A DNA stretch of 64,000 nucleotides, from the NCBI RefSeq assembly GCF_036321535.1, contig NC_087436.1, positions 120,220,001 through 120,284,000 on the forward strand. The letters run 5' to 3'. The position numbers were made by a program, and so were the translations under genes. Position 1 is the stretch's first letter. Every line of letters starts with the position of its first letter. Below, piece after piece: positions 1 to 12,016 of the stretch. Source of the stretch: Camelus dromedarius. Taxonomy: Eukaryota. The notes below the pieces were generated by a model, which did not search any database, was not told where the DNA came from, and saw only the letters and a program-made list of their open reading frames with translations.

Positions 1-698
1 AACTCTTTATATATGCCGTCTTTATGTTTAAGTAGGCTATACTTTTTAATAAAATAAAAACTTCTGTTACTTTAAAGATATCATTTAGGCATCTAAGGGA
101 TGATTTGGAAGGACAACGCAGTGCACGGAGGGCCCTGGCAGGAGGTGCCCCCTTAAATTGAAGTTCTCCCTAAACTCGTCACAAAGGCGGCAAAAATCCA
201 GTCCTCACGCTTCCCGCAGCCCTGGGTGCCCGCAGCGCTCCCCCTGTCCCGGGGCAGTGTGCCAGGCCCTGCCTCCCCAGGACCCCGGGAGCTGTGCGCC
301 CACCGACCCATGACCTGTCATTGACAGGCCTCCTCAAATCTCAAGTCCTGTCACCTCTGTGCCCCGAGGGCCTAGCGAGGGTGGGGGAGGCCAGGAAGGT
401 GGGCTGCGGTTGTCTAAACGTTCCATCTCCGGGGACAGCTACTCCGCAGCATCTCCTGGATGGCAAGCAACAGCGCGGAAGGAGCAGTGCAAAGCCGGGT
501 GCCTGGGCAGCAGCGCGGCGGCCAGAAACGGGGCTGTACCTGCCGTGGGTGGGGCCTCCGCCCGCCCCGCCCCCAGCCCGGCCCCGCCCAGGCGCCGCCC
601 GCCCGCCCCTCCTGCGAACACAGAGAAGCCAGAGCCGGTGCGGTAGGAGGGGTGCGGTGGTTCCCGCAGGCGTGCCGTGGTCAGGCGCCGCGGCAGCG
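1..698 (-). other. ABLIM2: ABLIM2 3' UTR (partial; may continue past the window start)
   Basis: Follows the TGA stop at 699-701 on the minus strand. GC/CpG-rich proximally, AU-rich distally. A variant ATTAAA (minus) at 45-50 is a possible, unproven poly(A) signal. Confidence 0.8.
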
Positions 699-938
<240 letters not shown>

Positions 939-1947
939 TCATTCCACTTTGCAGCTGTCAGAACCAAACCCAGGGGGAAACGATTCCGTTAGGGACCCAC
1001 AGTGAGCAGCTGCAGAGCTGGGGCCAGAGCCCTGACTCCTGACACGTACAAACGCACCTCGCATTGCAGACCGAGTCCGTGAGCGCCCAGGACGAGGACC
1101 TCCACCGCCTGGGAAGCGCTAGGGTTTCAGTGCACACGTGGTGTCATTACAGTTTCATTTAATTTTCCCCGCTACCGCCTCAGAGCAAGAAGTGGATGGT
1201 TTATTATGCCCCCATTTCACGGATGAGGTATGGAAGATGAGCAAAGGAGCCAGACAGGCCTAGGCCTGCGTTCACACCCTCCCACTTCCCCAGCCTCTGC
1301 TGTGTGACCCTGAGCGAGTTTTTGGTCTCTCTGAGCCCCAGTCCTGGGGGCACAAGGGAAAGGCTGAACAGCATGATGTCAAGGGCACCTATGCCAGAGC
1401 CTCTGGGATGCTGCGCGAGCCAGCTGGCCTCTGGGAGCCTCAGTCTGCTCACCTGTGAATGGGGTCATCCTGGCACCCCCTGGAGTTGTGGGGTGAAGGG
1501 GTCAGTGCAGGTCAGCCCTGGGGGCTGGCAGGACCAGGGTATGTTGGGCACACTTACTGTGATCTGAGTCAGAGCAAGCTCGACACGGCCTCCCCTGACA
1601 ACCACTGGGATTCTAGCCACCTTCCTGACCGTGCCAGCTCCCTTCACATCTGTCTTCCCCGGCAGGCACTGAGGGGCTCCTCCTCGTCCTTCAAGCCCTG
1701 GCACAGGGGGCTGCCACAGCCCTCCTAGGAGGCGCCCCTGGGGAGTGAGGCTGTGCTCTTGCTGCTCGCCTCCTGCCAGGGAGGGCCGAGGGGAAGATGG
1801 AAAGGAGGTTGGGGCGGTCTGCAGCAAGAGGGGTCAGGCTCTGGCCCCAAAGGACCTGGTTCAAGTTCCCCTTCTGCCTCCTTTTGAGACGTGTGGCTTC
1901 TGCGCAGCAGATGGAAACCAGTCTGGCTGTTCCCCCATCAGCTGACC

Positions 1948-2474
1948 AGAATTAGCACGTGACCCAGCTCACCCCTGGGTCGACCCAAAGGAATCAAAGC
2001 CCAGAACTCAAAAAGGCACCTGCACACCCACATTCACAGCCACATTGTCCACAATGGCCAAAAGTGGAAACAACCCCACTGTCCACCGAAGGACGAATGG
2101 ATACAGAAAATGAGATGGGTCGGTCCTCTAGAACCTAGTTCTTTCTGTAAAAGGCAGTGAAGCTGTGACATGCGTGACAACACTGGTGAGACCTGGAAAC
2201 ACCAGCTATAGAAAGAAGCCAGACACAAAGGCCACCTGCTCTGTGATTCCATGTACAGCAAACGTCCAGCACGGGCGGGTCCACAGGGACCAAAGAGCCT
2301 TGTCGCTGCCAGGGCTACTAATGGGTGTGGGGCTTCCTTCTGGGGTGGTACAAATGTTCTGGAATTAGAGGCAGTACGGGTTGTATGACATGGAGAATGG
2401 GTTAAATGCCACTCAATTGTATACTTTAAAGTGATTAAAATTGTGAATTATATAGTGGAAAAAATGCCTCAATT
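1948..2474 (+). mobile_element. L1 3' end fragment (L1MB-like)
   Basis: Hallmark L1 3' motifs: cacaatggccaaaagtggaaacaaccc, aaagaagccagacacaaaggccac, aatgttctggaattaga, aatgccactcaattgtatactttaaa. Confidence 0.85.
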
Positions 2475-2758
2475 CTTGTTCCCCAAAGGGTGGTTTCCTT
2501 GAATTGAAAGCGAAACCACTCATTCTAAAGGTTATTGGGATGATCAAGAGAGAAATGTGCAAAGACATCTGGGAAACTTTGAAAAGCAAAAACATCAATC
2601 ATTTTTGTTTTTCACGAAAATCACCAAATCTGTGTGCCATGCTGTGCGTTGTGGGGCCCAGCTGCCAGGTTGGTATGGGGGAGGTAACACAAGAGACCCT
2701 TTTTTGCTAAGTTACAAAAGTCCCTCCTAATTGAATCTGGGCCTGGAGTCCTCAGAGC

Positions 2759-2905
2759 GCACACAAACACACACACACACAGACACACACAGATGTAGAT
2801 ACACACACATACATACACACGTACAGACATACACAGCCACACAGGCATACATAAACATACAAAGACACACACTCATACACACACCCAGACACACAGACAC
2901 ACAGA
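2759..2905. repeat. Imperfect (CA)n low-complexity tract
   Basis: Seen directly. Confidence 0.9.
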
Positions 2906-5900
2906 CTCTGCCTCCCCACGTGCCTGCCACCGCGGGGGGGCATGGTGGGGCACAAGTGACCCCAGAGGCTGGAGCTGGCTTTCTGAGCCCAGACCCTTCC
3001 CTGGCCCCTGGTTCCCGAAGGCCCCCCAGGAGGCAGGCGGCCTTGTCCCAGGTAGCTGCCCAGGCCGGAAGGGGCTGAGCTCCCTCCAGAGCTGGCAGGA
3101 AGGAAGCCTGGGGCACGGCGACTTGGCGGAGGAAAGTTCTGGGGCGGCCTCGCTCCTGGGGTACACTGGTCTCCCAAGGAGCGCCCGTGGGAGGAGTCCA
3201 CTTTGGCAGCGTGGCAGGGGTCCCACATGGGGGTGTGCCTAAATGTCACCCTTTAGGGCACTGTCATGCAAAGACCTCAGGCCCAGGAGCTGGACACACA
3301 GGGATCCGGTCCTGGTTCAAGCCCGTCCAGCTGTGCTGACTGACACAGCTTCAGCTGTGACGTCTGCAAAATGGGAATAGTCCCATCCGTGCCGTCGCCC
3401 ATTCTGCCTGGAATGCCAGCCCCTCCTCGTCCGCCCGGGTTGCTCCCACACTCCTGACACCTGGGCTTCGCCCTCACTTCCTCCAGGAGGCCTCTCCTGA
3501 CTGCCTGTTACCCCGGGCTCCCAGAGCCCTCAGGGCTCCTGTCTGTGGTGTGATACTCACACCGCAGCCAGTCTCAAGCTTCCAACTTGACACCTCCGAA
3601 TGCCGAGCTGGAGAGAGACGCTCAGCGGCGGCAGGTAACCAGATGCTTCTCCCACACAGATGTAAGAGACGCAGGTAACCTCGAGAGCCCAGACGGTACT
3701 GAACTGCAGCACTGGGAGTGGGGAGAGTTGGGTTTTATTACCTTTGCTTTAAATCTAATTTATATAATCACAAGTATTTGTTTTTCAGAAATGGCTAGGT
3801 TCAACAACCAGTGTGCAAACTTCCTGAAAACTGAACCACAGGAGTAGCCCCAGGAGCTGCTGGACTCTGCACTAGGTGAGCCCTACTACATAACAGGCGC
3901 CCCACGGCAGGGGTGGGCGGGTGCCCAGGACCCCGTGGGGAGCGGGGGAGGGGCTGCCTCTGCCCTGCCCTCTCCTCCTTCACGTGTGCGACGCCGGGTG
4001 CTGGGATGCAGACATAAACCAGACTAGACTGCTCCCACCCCACAGAGACCTCACACATGATGGGCGGGTGGGTCAGAAGGCAATTAAGTTCATTTGTGGG
4101 TCTCGGAACCTGGAAGCCTTGATGCTTCGCAAAGCCTTAATGATGTTTCTCCCAGTATCTTAACAGCCATAGAGTAGTTTCTAAGAGAGATGATCTAACT
4201 TACCCTTGTAACCCGCCTCCACTGGCAAGGGTTCCCTGAAGACAGGACTCAGTAACCACTAACCTCCGCTGGCAGCGAGAGCTCAGCAGAGGAACGTTGG
4301 CTGGGAACCAGCCAGCACTGGGCCAGGTGCGCAGATGCGCTCACACCTGGGCGGGAAGAGAGTGTGTGCGAGGCAGTGGTGCTCAGAGGATGCAGATGGC
4401 TGCAGACGGGGCTGTGACATCCCCTGTGTCACACAGCCCAAAAGCGGCATATTCGAACCTGGTTAGGAGTCCAGGGCTCTTCCTGAGAAGCTGCCGCCTG
4501 CAGGTCCTCAAGATGACTGGGCATTCAGACAGGCAGGGCCACAGAGCTGGGGTCCCCCCTTCCCTTGGCAGAAGGGCCCACCGAGGCCTGTCCACACCAA
4601 GGCTGGGCCATCCATGCTGTCCATTTGTGGTCGTGGACCCTCAGACACATAGACGAAGTGATCCATCTTGGAAACATGCACACTCCTACACACTTGGTGT
4701 TGAGGATCAGGGCCCTGTGGATGCCCTAAGAACTACTTAGGGACCCCAGTTCGGAATCTGATGCCCACAGTTCTCCAGCACTGATGGAGGACCACAGGCC
4801 AGGCTACAGCCAGAGACTCTAGGACATTTGCTACCATCTTCACCTGCCCTGAGATTCTCTTGCTCATCTTACAGCTTCAGGAAACCCAGGCTCAGAGAAG
4901 TCACGTGTCTCACCTGAGGGCATGCAGCCATGGGGTGGGTGCTCTGGGACTGGCCTGGCTTACTTCCCCTGCAGGGCGCTCCCAGCACCCACCTCCCTGC
5001 ACCTCACCAAGCTCAGATGCTCTGTTGCAGCCCGCCAGCTGCTGCCTGGCCCCCGGTGGGCTCCGGCTTCAGACCCACTCAGCCTGTGACTCTGGGCCAG
5101 CGAGGGGCTGCGCTTCTTCTGAGGACTGGGTCCCACGGTGCATTCCTGACCCATGACACAGCAGGCGGAGGCCCTGTCTGCAGAGGTGAGTCCTGCTGAG
5201 CTGGGTCTAAGCTCTGGAGTGCCCGCCCACTTCACAGGAGCGACATCATCACCATAGTGGCATTGTCATCACGACAATGGCTGCTGCCATCTGTGAAGCG
5301 CCTTCTGTGCCTGGCGAGAGCCAGAGCTCTCTATCACGGGACAGAGCTCTGAGAGGTGGAGTGACAGGGCTGCCAAGTGTCCTGGAGGCCCCCTGTCACT
5401 TGCCCACCTCTGCCACCTCTGCCTTGCTCCGTGATGGGCATCTAAAGGTTCTGGAACATGCCAGACTCTTTTCTTTTCTCTTTCCCCCAGCTTCACACAG
5501 CAGCTCCTCCTCATTCTCCAGGTCGTCTCAAATGTCCCCTCCTCCAGGGTGTTCTCCTGGATTGCACTAGCCAATCAGGCCCCAGGCCATGCCCTGTTCC
5601 TCATTACTGAGTCCTGATCTCTTCTGGCTCTCAGCTCATGAGGGCAGGACAGCAGGATGGGCCTATCTCTCACCCTCTTCCAGGGACAATGTGAGCTGTT
5701 TGCATCCCTGGATCTAAGTCCCAGCTCTCACCTTCCCTGCCACACTTCCTCCCAGCTGCCTACTCCTTCCACGTTGGCCGACTCCACTGGCCTGCCCTAC
5801 TCTCCGCTGTGGCCCCCTCCTCCCTCCCCCCCGAAATCCCTGCCTGCCACTTGGCCTTTGAGGACTGCTCCTTTTCGGTGCTGGGTCTCACCTCAGAGGC

Positions 5901-6264
5901 CCTAAAGTCCTGGGTGCGGGGGCAGATCCAGCTCTCAGACACACCCACCCATCCATCACCATCAGTCTACCAGGTTCTCATCAGACCGGTTGGATGAGTC
6001 TAAACAAAGGAGAGCGTCTTTAACTGCCTTGGTTTCCAGGCACATTCCTACAACCTGGGCTTTTTCTGCTTGAGCAAACTCAGGTGTGCACTTAGCCTCA
6101 GGGTCTGGCGGAGGCGGGCTCCAGAAACTGCAGCTCCACTGCCCGTTAGCCCTGCCTCTGCCGAGCAGTCAGAGAGGACCTTGGGCCACTCCCCTGGACG
6201 TGGCCCCCAGGCCTCGGGCCGACAGACACCCCTTGTCCACCTGTTCACCCGTCAGCCTTTGCTC

Positions 6265-6570
6265 TCTGGTCGTGTCAGCATGGCCAGGTCTTGGAGCCCA
6301 GCTGTTGGGCTAAACACTAGGCCAGGGGTTGCTGTGAAGGTAGATGTGGTCACCCCTACAGGCAGCTTGACTTGACGTGAAGTTTACCCTCTGCAGTGAG
6401 GTGGGCCTCACCCACTCCAGGAGCAAACACTGAGGCTTCCCGGGGAAGGAGAATTTCTGCCTCCAAGCGTCAACTCCTGCCGAGCTTTCAGCCTGCCCTG
6501 CAGATTTCATGCTTGCTAGCCCCATGATTATGGCAGCCAATTCCTTAAATTAAACGTCTTAATAAATGCT
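6265..6570 (+). mobile_element. ERVL LTR fragment (MLT2-like)
   Basis: ctaaacactagg...gttgctgtgaaggta, gtgggcctca, tttcagcctgccctgcagatttca...agccaattccttaaatt, all typical of MLT2. Confidence 0.7.
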
Positions 6571-6849
6571 TATGTCTGTGTGAATGAAAAATACTGCCAG
6601 CCATATCAGTGCACAAAGGATGCTGCGGCCATCAAGTCATCAGCCGCCACCTACCACCACCCCGACAGTGAGCGGAGGGAACTCAGGATGGAGACAGGCA
6701 GGCTGCCAGCCTCTGCTGTGCCCTCAGTGGTGTATCTACCATGTGCCACCAGGTGCCTACATGGAGCCTTTCACTTTGCCAGGCTAAGCGTGCTGAATTC
6801 CCTCGTCCGTGCGTCGTAGGACAGAATGTCAATCATTAGAATCTGGGTT

Positions 6850-7655
6850 AATCTTGCTGCATCAAGTGATCATCACTTACCCATCACCCCATCCTGCCAC
6901 CCTGGAGTCACGCCAGGTGTGTCCCTGCCCCTCAGCGCAACACACCTTCCATCACCAAGTCCTGCCATCTGGACCTCCCGAATACGGACTGAATCAACCA
7001 CTTCTCACCCCTGCACTGCCACCACTTTTTCCAAGATGCCATCATGTCTGGCCGGGACAACCCAATTGCCTCTGAAACAGTCTCCCTGCATCCATGCAGC
7101 CACTTCAGGCTTCATGATGCAGCATTAGCATTGTTTTAATTACAAACATAATCACAGAGTCCCTCAACTTAAAAGCCATCACTTTTAGGCTAGAAACAAA
7201 ACTGCTTAACGTGGCCCAGGGCCCTACAAAGCCTGGCCCCACCTCCCTGTCCATCACCTGCCCAATCACAGCCACAGCCTCCTTCCAGTTTCTCCTCAAA
7301 CAGCCTATGCTGCCTCCTGCCCCAGGACCTTTGCACGTGCTGCACGTGCTTCCTGGAATTCTCTTCCTACTTGGCATCCCTCACCTTATGTGCAAGTGTA
7401 CAAACACACACACACACACACACACACATGTGCAGGCAACATACTGCACCCAGTTAACTGTTACCCCCTTTTAAATGCTCACAGGCCCACGTCCCTATCC
7501 TTTAAAGCCCTAACCCCGGGTATAATTTTACACACTCACTTGGGTAATCAGTTGATTGATGCCTGCTCCCCATCAGACAGTCTGTGAGAGCAGAGCTCAC
7601 GCTGGTTTTTGCTCACTGTACGTCCCCAGGGCCTGGCTCAGTGCCTGGCACATAT
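6850..7655 (+). mobile_element. L2 3' region, interrupted by (CA)12 at 7405-7428
   Basis: cccaggacctttgcacgtgct...cctggaattctctt and terminal cagggcctggctcagtgcctggcacata. Confidence 0.7.
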
Positions 7656-9559
7656 ACACTTTGCCACATCCACAAGCACACGCGGTAAGGGTGGAACACG
7701 AGGCTTGACCATTCGACGGAGTGGTCTTCTTTCCAGGAACCCACCAGATAGAGGAGTGCTGGGCACCGCCAGCTGTGCACTCACATCCTTCCTCTCCTCT
7801 TACTGGGCACACGGCGGACCCACACCTTTGCCAGGTGACTGAGTCCCGGCCAACGGCCTGCCACTCCACAGCCTGGCCTTTCGGACCCTCCCCTGTGCCG
7901 AACAAGACATGAGACCGCCACGCAGCCATCCAGAAGGATGTGAAGATCCACATTAATTGCCATGGAAAATGCTCACATCAAATTCAAAAGAAAAAAGCAG
8001 ATGTCACACTGCATAAACAGCGTGAGCCCACTTATCCCACACAGAATTCCGTGGTCTCTGGGTATCTGTGGAAAAGAGACTTCCGGAGGCACGTCCGGCC
8101 GCCTGCAGACATGGCAGGAGTTATGACTCTGGGGGGAATTCCATGTGATGTTTATGTTCCTCTTGGTATTTTTCTGGATTTTTACAAGAGTGATGAATTG
8201 TTTTTATATTAAAAATAAAGCTCTCTCCCCTGAAATGAAAACATCAGTGTCCCTTCCTCTCCTGCTGGGATGCGGCCCCTCCCGAGCCCCTCCCTTCTGG
8301 CTCACAACCCAGCTCCAAGCCCTGAAGGATGTGGGATGTGGCCCTGTTTGTGGTAACACTTCCAATCTGCCTCCTGACTTGGCTTAGATCAGGAAGAGGA
8401 TGATTACAGACAGACGCACCCTTGGGTGTGTTCTTGGAGATTTGGGCGATTAAACCCATTACCCAGAGGTTTTTTTTTTAAGAGAAACATTTACATATAT
8501 TAATCACTTGATGTTTTGCAATTTCATTCTGCATTAGAGCAAAATAAAAGGTAGGGAATGGGAGTCAGTTCAAGTGCACCCCTGTCCCAAGAGGGGAGGA
8601 GCCAGTCCCAAAGGATTCGTGGCCTCCAGGCCACTGTGGTGTCAGGAGTAGCAGGCACCGGTGGGGAGAGCCGGGAGCCCCCAGGGCACTCAGGCTCAAG
8701 GAACACTCATGCACAACAAATGCGAGTCCTCCGGGCAGCTCCTGGTCTGTGAGCCCCAGCCGCGGGAGCACCCCGTTTTACAGCAGCGGGATATGACCAC
8801 ACAATTAATCAGGACTCAGCTTCAGCAGGAACCAAAGCTCACGTCCCCAGCAGAGAAAGCAGGGATTATCGCGCATGAGGTCCAGTCAGGGCTGCCCAGG
8901 GCCCTGTCTTTCAAACCACGTGGCGGGCACCCCTAAGGTTGACTCCAGGCCTGTTCTGTGTGCTCCTGTGCTCGGAGCTCTCCAGGGGCTCGCCTAGGCT
9001 CCCACCACAGCTTCCCTGCCCCGCCCTGCTGCCCCACCCCTAGCCCCCAGCACCATCCACACTTGTCCTCACAGGTCAGAACATTTCCACCCCCATCCTT
9101 CCTTTTCTCCGGAGTGAGGTCCAAATGTACCACTAAGTGACTAGCCTCCTGAGCAAAGGCCCTGGGGTCATTTGGCTCTGTGGTCCTTTGCCCAGCACAA
9201 TGCCCCACATGCCCCCAGGGACTCCAAGTCTCGGCTGGTAGACTGTAATGCCTGCCTGTGGCATCTGTGGGCTCCCTGGCCTCAGCCCCACCCCTCCCTG
9301 CAGCTGGACCCCTGCTGCCTGTGTGAGCCCAGCACCCTTGTCCCTGTCTCCAGACTCCAGGTCCCAGAGGCCCTCTGGGAGCCCCCTTAGGTCCACTCAG
9401 CTCAGGTGGTCTCAGCTCTCCCGTAGCTCTGGGGCAGGGGCCGGATGTGGCTGGACCTGGCCAGCAGGGGCGTCGTGGTCCTTGGGTCAGGTTGGTTGAT
9501 TCAGGGCTGGTCAGATCACCCAGCCAGAGGTGGAGGTGAGGTGTTGGCTGGGGCTCCTG

Positions 9560-9796
9560 AGAGCCAGCCCTTGCACACTTTGAGCCTAGAGGAGGTGAGG
9601 TGAAAGTTGGCCCGTCAGTGAGGCCAACACACACGCAGAGGCAGTCAAGAGACGGAAGGAAAGAATCCGGGTCTGGAGACTTGGTCAAGCCCCACCTGCA
9701 GGGACCCATCAGTCGCAGGAGCTAGCAATTCCCTTTTTGCTTAAACCACCTTGGGTCAGGTTCCTATCATTGCAGCAGAAAGGATCAAGACGGACA
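9560..9796 (+). mobile_element. Old MaLR LTR 3' part (MLT1J/K-like)
   Basis: ttccctttttgcttaaaccaccttgggtcaggttcctatcattgcagcagaaag resembles the MLT1 LTR terminus. Confidence 0.5.
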
Positions 9797-9970
9797 AGCC
9801 TGTCCCCGGGGCTGCAGCCATAACGGCGTCCCTGTCCGCGTCCCTGTCCCCCGTGTGCACAGCCACTCTCCCAGTGGATGTTAATACCCTGGTCTTAAAG
9901 GGTGGAGATCAGGGCTCCGGAGCCTTGCTGGCCTGTCTGAGATGGGGGTTCTTCCAGGCCTGCCCGGTCT

Positions 9971-10608
9971 TGAAGAGACAGGAGGGAAGGGGGCAGGGCA
10001 GCCACTCAAGGAATGACAGCAATTTAACACAAAAATGCTGGAAGATTCACCTCCCAGTTGGCCTGGAGGATTAAGAGGGTTGACTCCTAGTAGACCTTGA
10101 GCTTCATTATGTGCTCATTGTAACAGCGGGATCAAATAACATGCCCGCAGGCGCCATGACAGCCCCAAGGCTCACCCAAAAAGGCCAAAGAATGGGCGGT
10201 GGCCCAATTCCTGGGACTCCCAGTCCCTTCCCCATAGCAGTTGGAAGGGTCCCACCTGTAGGCTTGTGCAGCTACCAAGCCCATAAAAAGTGACACCACC
10301 ACGCCGAGCGGCCCTTGGCGCTCTGCCTCCCCTTTGGAGACGCCCGCACTCTGTCTATGGAGTGTGTGCCTACTTTGACTCTAACCTGAGCACCCGATTC
10401 CCGCACCTCTTTCCTGGCCTTTCTCTGGCCTTACACTCTGTGCAGTATGTATCTCTCTAAATTAACCTACCTTCACTCAGCGGTGGCTCGTGCTTCAATT
10501 CTTTCCTGCGCGAAGCCAAGGCCCCACACCTGGCGGGCACGCCCCAGGGGCTCAGCCAAGGCCTGGGACACGGCCCTGCTCACGCCCCACATCCAGTTTC
10601 CTGCATCA
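9971..10608 (+). mobile_element. ERV1-type solo LTR (MER41-like architecture)
   Basis: TGA start and ttcctgcaTCA end; TATA-like CATAAAA at 10282; ttcaattctttcctgcgcgaagccaagg U5 motif typical of MER41-family LTRs. Left boundary uncertain. Confidence 0.65.
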
Positions 10609-10699
10609 CTTGCGTCAGAGAAGAGCAGGCCCGAGCAGCTGATGGGACAAACCTGCAGGCCCTGGGGGATGGCAAGGACTCTGGCCACCTAACCCAACG

Positions 10700-10825
10700 A
10701 TTGAGAATATTTACTTCCCTTTAAAACCTTCACGGCTGAACAGAGTCTCTGGAGACGATTTTTGGGCAGATGCGGGGTCCACCAGATGGCAAGCATTCTA
10801 ATTAAAACCAACTTTCCCTTTTGTG
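10700..10825 (+). mobile_element. LTR fragment (artiodactyl ERV-like R/U5)
   Basis: ccctttaaaaccttcacggctgaacagagtctctggag...ttctaattaaaaccaactttcccttt pattern. Confidence 0.4.
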
Positions 10826-10889
10826 ACCAAGGCTGTTGCCCCCAGGATCATACCCCTGCCCCTCCCTCAACTAGAAACCAGTGACCCTC

Positions 10890-11432
10890 ATCTAAGGCTC
10901 AGGAGGCAGCTGCAGAGAAGGAACAAGAACTGGCTAGAACCTACACAGTCCCAGATGGCAGAGGATCCGACTCCCAGGGGACCTCGAACCTCGTCATGCG
11001 CTCACCGTAACACATCAGCACACTGAGTGACGCGCCCACCAGCACTGTGACAGCTGACAATTGCCCTGACAGCAGCCGGAAAAGCCTACACAAGAACTAA
11101 AACATCTGAGCAACGGCTGATTGGCTGCGTCACACCCGGAACGAGGACGTGAGGGTGGAAGCCGCTCATGAAGTCCACGTGGCCTGACCCGGGCTGGAGC
11201 CGTCCCTGCCGCCCGCTTGGCCGCCGGCTCCCCTCTCCGGCACCTCTTCCTCGCCCAGGTGTTTTTTCTTCCCTTCTCCCTGCTCGAGCTCTTTCCTTCC
11301 TTTTCCTCTTATAAGAAATAAAAGCAGTCTCGCCCTGTCCCTCTGCCTCAGCTGTGAATTCTTTCCAGCCAGCAGGCAAGAACCCACACTTTGGTGGGCC
11401 TCCTAATTTAGGGGTCCCTCTATCCGCTAACA
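10890..11432 (+). mobile_element. Second ERV1-type solo LTR (MER41-like)
   Basis: AATAAA at 11317-11322, gtgaattctttccagccagcaggcaagaaccc U5 motif, ...ccgcTAACA terminus; 5' part partly similar to the LTR at 9971. Confidence 0.65.
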
Positions 11433-11723
11433 CAACCGTGCCGGTGTTCTCAATGTCAGTGCTCAGGCGAACATCGCCACGTTCGGCCTCGTTACGAAGG
11501 CTTCCTGCCCCCAACAGCAAGCAGCTGTGATCCTCTTTGCAAAGCCATCTTTGATGGGCACATAACCATGTTCTCCAGCCTTTGAAACCACGCGGGTCCT
11601 CGACTCCGAGCCCCGCGCGGTCCCCGCGGGGACATCACGGGCGATGGGTGTGCACCCCGTGGGCGAGGCCGCAGCAGAGACTTGCTCGGCAGAAGTGACC
11701 CTTCACCCCAGGGGCCCCCTCAC

Positions 11724-11804
11724 CTCCAGCCTCGTCCGGTCCACGTCCTTGGGCAGCTTCACGCGAATCCGGTTGGTGACGATGAGGGCGTCATAGGGGT
11801 AGAT
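11724..11804 (-). CDS. ABLIM2: ABLIM2 exon, headpiece N-terminal subdomain ([27 protein letters not shown])
   Basis: ccccgcag|ATC ... GAG|gtgagg; 81 nt, phase 0/0; joins in frame to the last exon. Confidence 0.97.
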
Positions 11805-12008
11805 CTGCGGGGAGAAGGAGGCACGGGCTCACGCCGGGAAGCGAGCGGGTGCCGGGACGGGGGCTGAGCCCGAGGCCAACGGAGAGGTACCTACTTGCGC
11901 CTGCATCTGACACACACATTTCGTGGGGAAAGCACAACAAAGGGGACTGTTACCCTGGGCAGGTGGGCGCGGCAGCGGCGGGCGGCGCGGGCCTGGCGGC
12001 CCTCTTAC

Positions 12009-12016
12009 CTTGTATT
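12009..12016 (-). CDS. ABLIM2: ABLIM2 8-nt microexon AATACAAG (completes E-Y-K)
   Basis: ctctctcttacag|AATACAAG|gtaaga, with branch-like TTCTAAC at 12055-12049. Needed to link the phase-1 upstream exon to the phase-0 downstream exon, giving the known REYKIYPY peptide. Confidence 0.92.

Noticed and set aside
48..58. Overlapping AATAAA motifs on the plus strand
   Set aside because: Wrong strand for ABLIM2; no plus-strand transcript lies upstream within the window.
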